Shown: positions 61,935 through 64,000 of the stretch, piece by piece
How the letters are laid out: each line of letters begins with the position of its first letter
Numbering within the stretch: the first letter of the stretch is position 1
Source: Klebsormidium nitens
Lineage: Eukaryota; Plantae; Klebsormidiophyceae
Assembly: GCA_000708835.1 (NCBI GenBank)
Contig: DF237148.1
Location: forward strand, 84,556-148,555
Direction of reading: 5' to 3'
DNA: 64,000 nt
The notes under the pieces: model-generated
The model's database searches: none
Seen by the model: the letters and a program-made list of their open reading frames with translations, nothing else
What the model was told of the DNA's origin: nothing
Made by a program: the position numbers and the translations under genes

Positions 61935-64000
61935 CATTGCTGTGGGTATTAGGATGCTAAGTATGTACGTGTCTTTGTGACAGTCAAGGGATGCTTGTAC
62001 GATGTACAGAAGCGTGCACATCATCGCCAAAACTAACAGTCAGGTTTAGGTTCATGCAAGCCCGGAAATGCATGTGACGTATCATATCAAGTTCAGTGCC
62101 AAATTTTAGCGCATAGGCCCTTCAATCAGACAGTAATCTAAATAACCGAGCGCTGTGCATGAAGATTTCGTTGTGCCCAATCTTTTTGAAAGTTTCTGCT
62201 ACAGTACCAGGATGGAAGCGTCCGATGCCAGCCCCCTAGCTTGGATTGAGCTGCAGTGACTCCGGCATACGGCCGGCATACGGCCGGCCATGACTCATCT
62301 CGCAAAACGCCGGGTATGGATCCGAATGACGTCACTGCATAGGAATGAGGGGAGCATGTGGCTCAAATCATATGCATGTCGGACATGCCTGCAGATCGTG
62401 AAGTTGGACCGTCTGACCGTCTCATCGCGGCTATATATTAACTCCGTGCACTGTGCGGCAAACTCAAGCATTCAACAATTGCATCGATTGTTGATAGAGA
62501 GAATTGCATGCATTGAGGATCGTCAGCCATCAGACGGTACCGTACTGAATACAGTTTTCTTCGACGACAGATCTTTGAACGTCCGACTGTGGGTTGAAGA
62601 GAAAGTCGCCAAAGCATATGATTTCAACAGCTCGAGTGTGGCAAGCTGACGGAACATCCTGGCAAGCGTCTTAGTCCGACAGTAATATTGGCTGGAACAG
62701 ATTGTGCACCAGGGGCATAACATGACTATTTCTGAAGTGGATGGATATTGAGCGGAACGCATTCGCTCACGTCCCATGCAAAGCGCCTTTCCCAAACCAT
62801 CATGACATCTATCAATTTCATACATTTCATCACACGTGTTGAGTTTGACGGCAGCGCCACAACAAGCCTGTGATCAAACGGGAATTGATTGGCACAAGTG
62901 ATGATTACAATCAAGGCACAGGGCCGGCCTCAAGCAATTGTTACGTGCTGTGTACAGCCAAACCCGTGCATTTTCACACAACAAACCAGTCCAATATTTT
63001 GTTCAGCTCAGCATCAGGCACGGAGTGCGTCTCTCGAACTACTGGCGCACTCTGCCAAAAGTAAAAACCGGCACTGCTGAGAGGAAACGTCGTTGCGAGA
63101 ATGATCACATGCGAGACACAAAAAGACTATTAATTCACGGAAGGTGACGAGCAAGGGATGAACAGTGCCCCTGACTACCGTGAGCTCTAATAACTACGAA
63201 TGAACAAGCTAGCTCCTTTATGCAAGCTGTCTTGATGACGTGTCCCAGCCTGACTGCTCAGAAGGCTACTTCCTTGATACCCCTTCATCAGAAGCATCCG
63301 GAGCGGGCCCTAAATCAGCAACTGCAGAGAAAGAAGAACCCTGTATGTCAGAAAGGCCACATGCTGGTACGGCTAATTCGTTCAGTCTTGATGAGGCAAG
63401 GAAAAGTGCTTGCACACTTCAGAATAGACCGAAAGGGAGGAAGGATGTCTGTACAAGGTCACTATGACTCGGTCAGAGTCCATACTATTCGTGATGCAGG
63501 TGAGAGGCTCCGCCAAACAAGGCAACTGTGGACCCTGGGCAAACCCGATTGCTTTTAAATCCTGCTTGTTCCTCCTGCAGCATGTACTAAAGCTTTTGTT
63601 TGGCGAAGGGTATAAGAACTGACGACATAGAGGGTCCAAAGTAGAAGGCAAGCCCACAGTAGAACTTCTGTCTTGAAATTATACCAAGTCAGATGAACGG
63701 ATATTTTGCACCAGCTGCAGAGCCTGCATACCGCATCGAAAGACCAGCCTGTACCCACACATGTTGGAAAGTGTTTCAAAGCTTCTTGTATTGAATTCAG
63801 AGCGGACTTTTGGTCTTCTTTCACAAGACCTTATTCTGTCAGGACATTACTAGGTCTGTCAGTCTTTAAACTGCATGTCCTATCAGTTTGTCACAACAAG
63901 TGTCAACACCCAACTTTTCAGCAGCACCTTGCAAGAAGCAGAAAGAATTCTTGGTATCTTTTCTTAAAGAATGTGTTGAGTCTGTTAGAAGTATTTGCGC

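Noticed and set aside
62290-63824. Short ORFs at the right end of the window
   Set aside because: No motif and no coherent splice model.

Overview
Intron-rich eukaryotic nuclear DNA (GT-AG introns, mostly 0.1-1.1 kb). Gene content and style suggest a charophyte green alga such as Klebsormidium (inference, not verified). I assembled gene models by hand from splice sites and frame continuity. In order: a SET-domain methyltransferase (minus), probably preceded by a 2.8-kb first coding exon; a decayed ANKZF1/Vms1 5' copy; an unknown multi-exon gene; a decayed minus-strand gene; a truncated SET 5' copy; intact ANKZF1/Vms1; a secreted type-1 copper cupredoxin fused to Pro/Thr-rich repeats; an F-box/LRR gene; a helical+MYND gene with a 1-bp frameshift; RPS26; ADPRM; and a saccharopine-dehydrogenase-like gene (SCCPDH). 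I found no tRNA, rRNA, CRISPR array or recognisable transposase/RT. The three most notable observations: (1) a tandem duplication of the head-to-head SET/ANKZF1 pair with reciprocal loss, each copy keeping the opposite gene; (2) arrays of degenerate copies of exon ends with their splice sites ('splice-site echoes') around several SCCPDH exons and one ANKZF1 exon; (3) a plastocyanin/amicyanin-like copper domain on an HRGP-like stalk. Most ORF-track entries are shadow or intronic ORFs.
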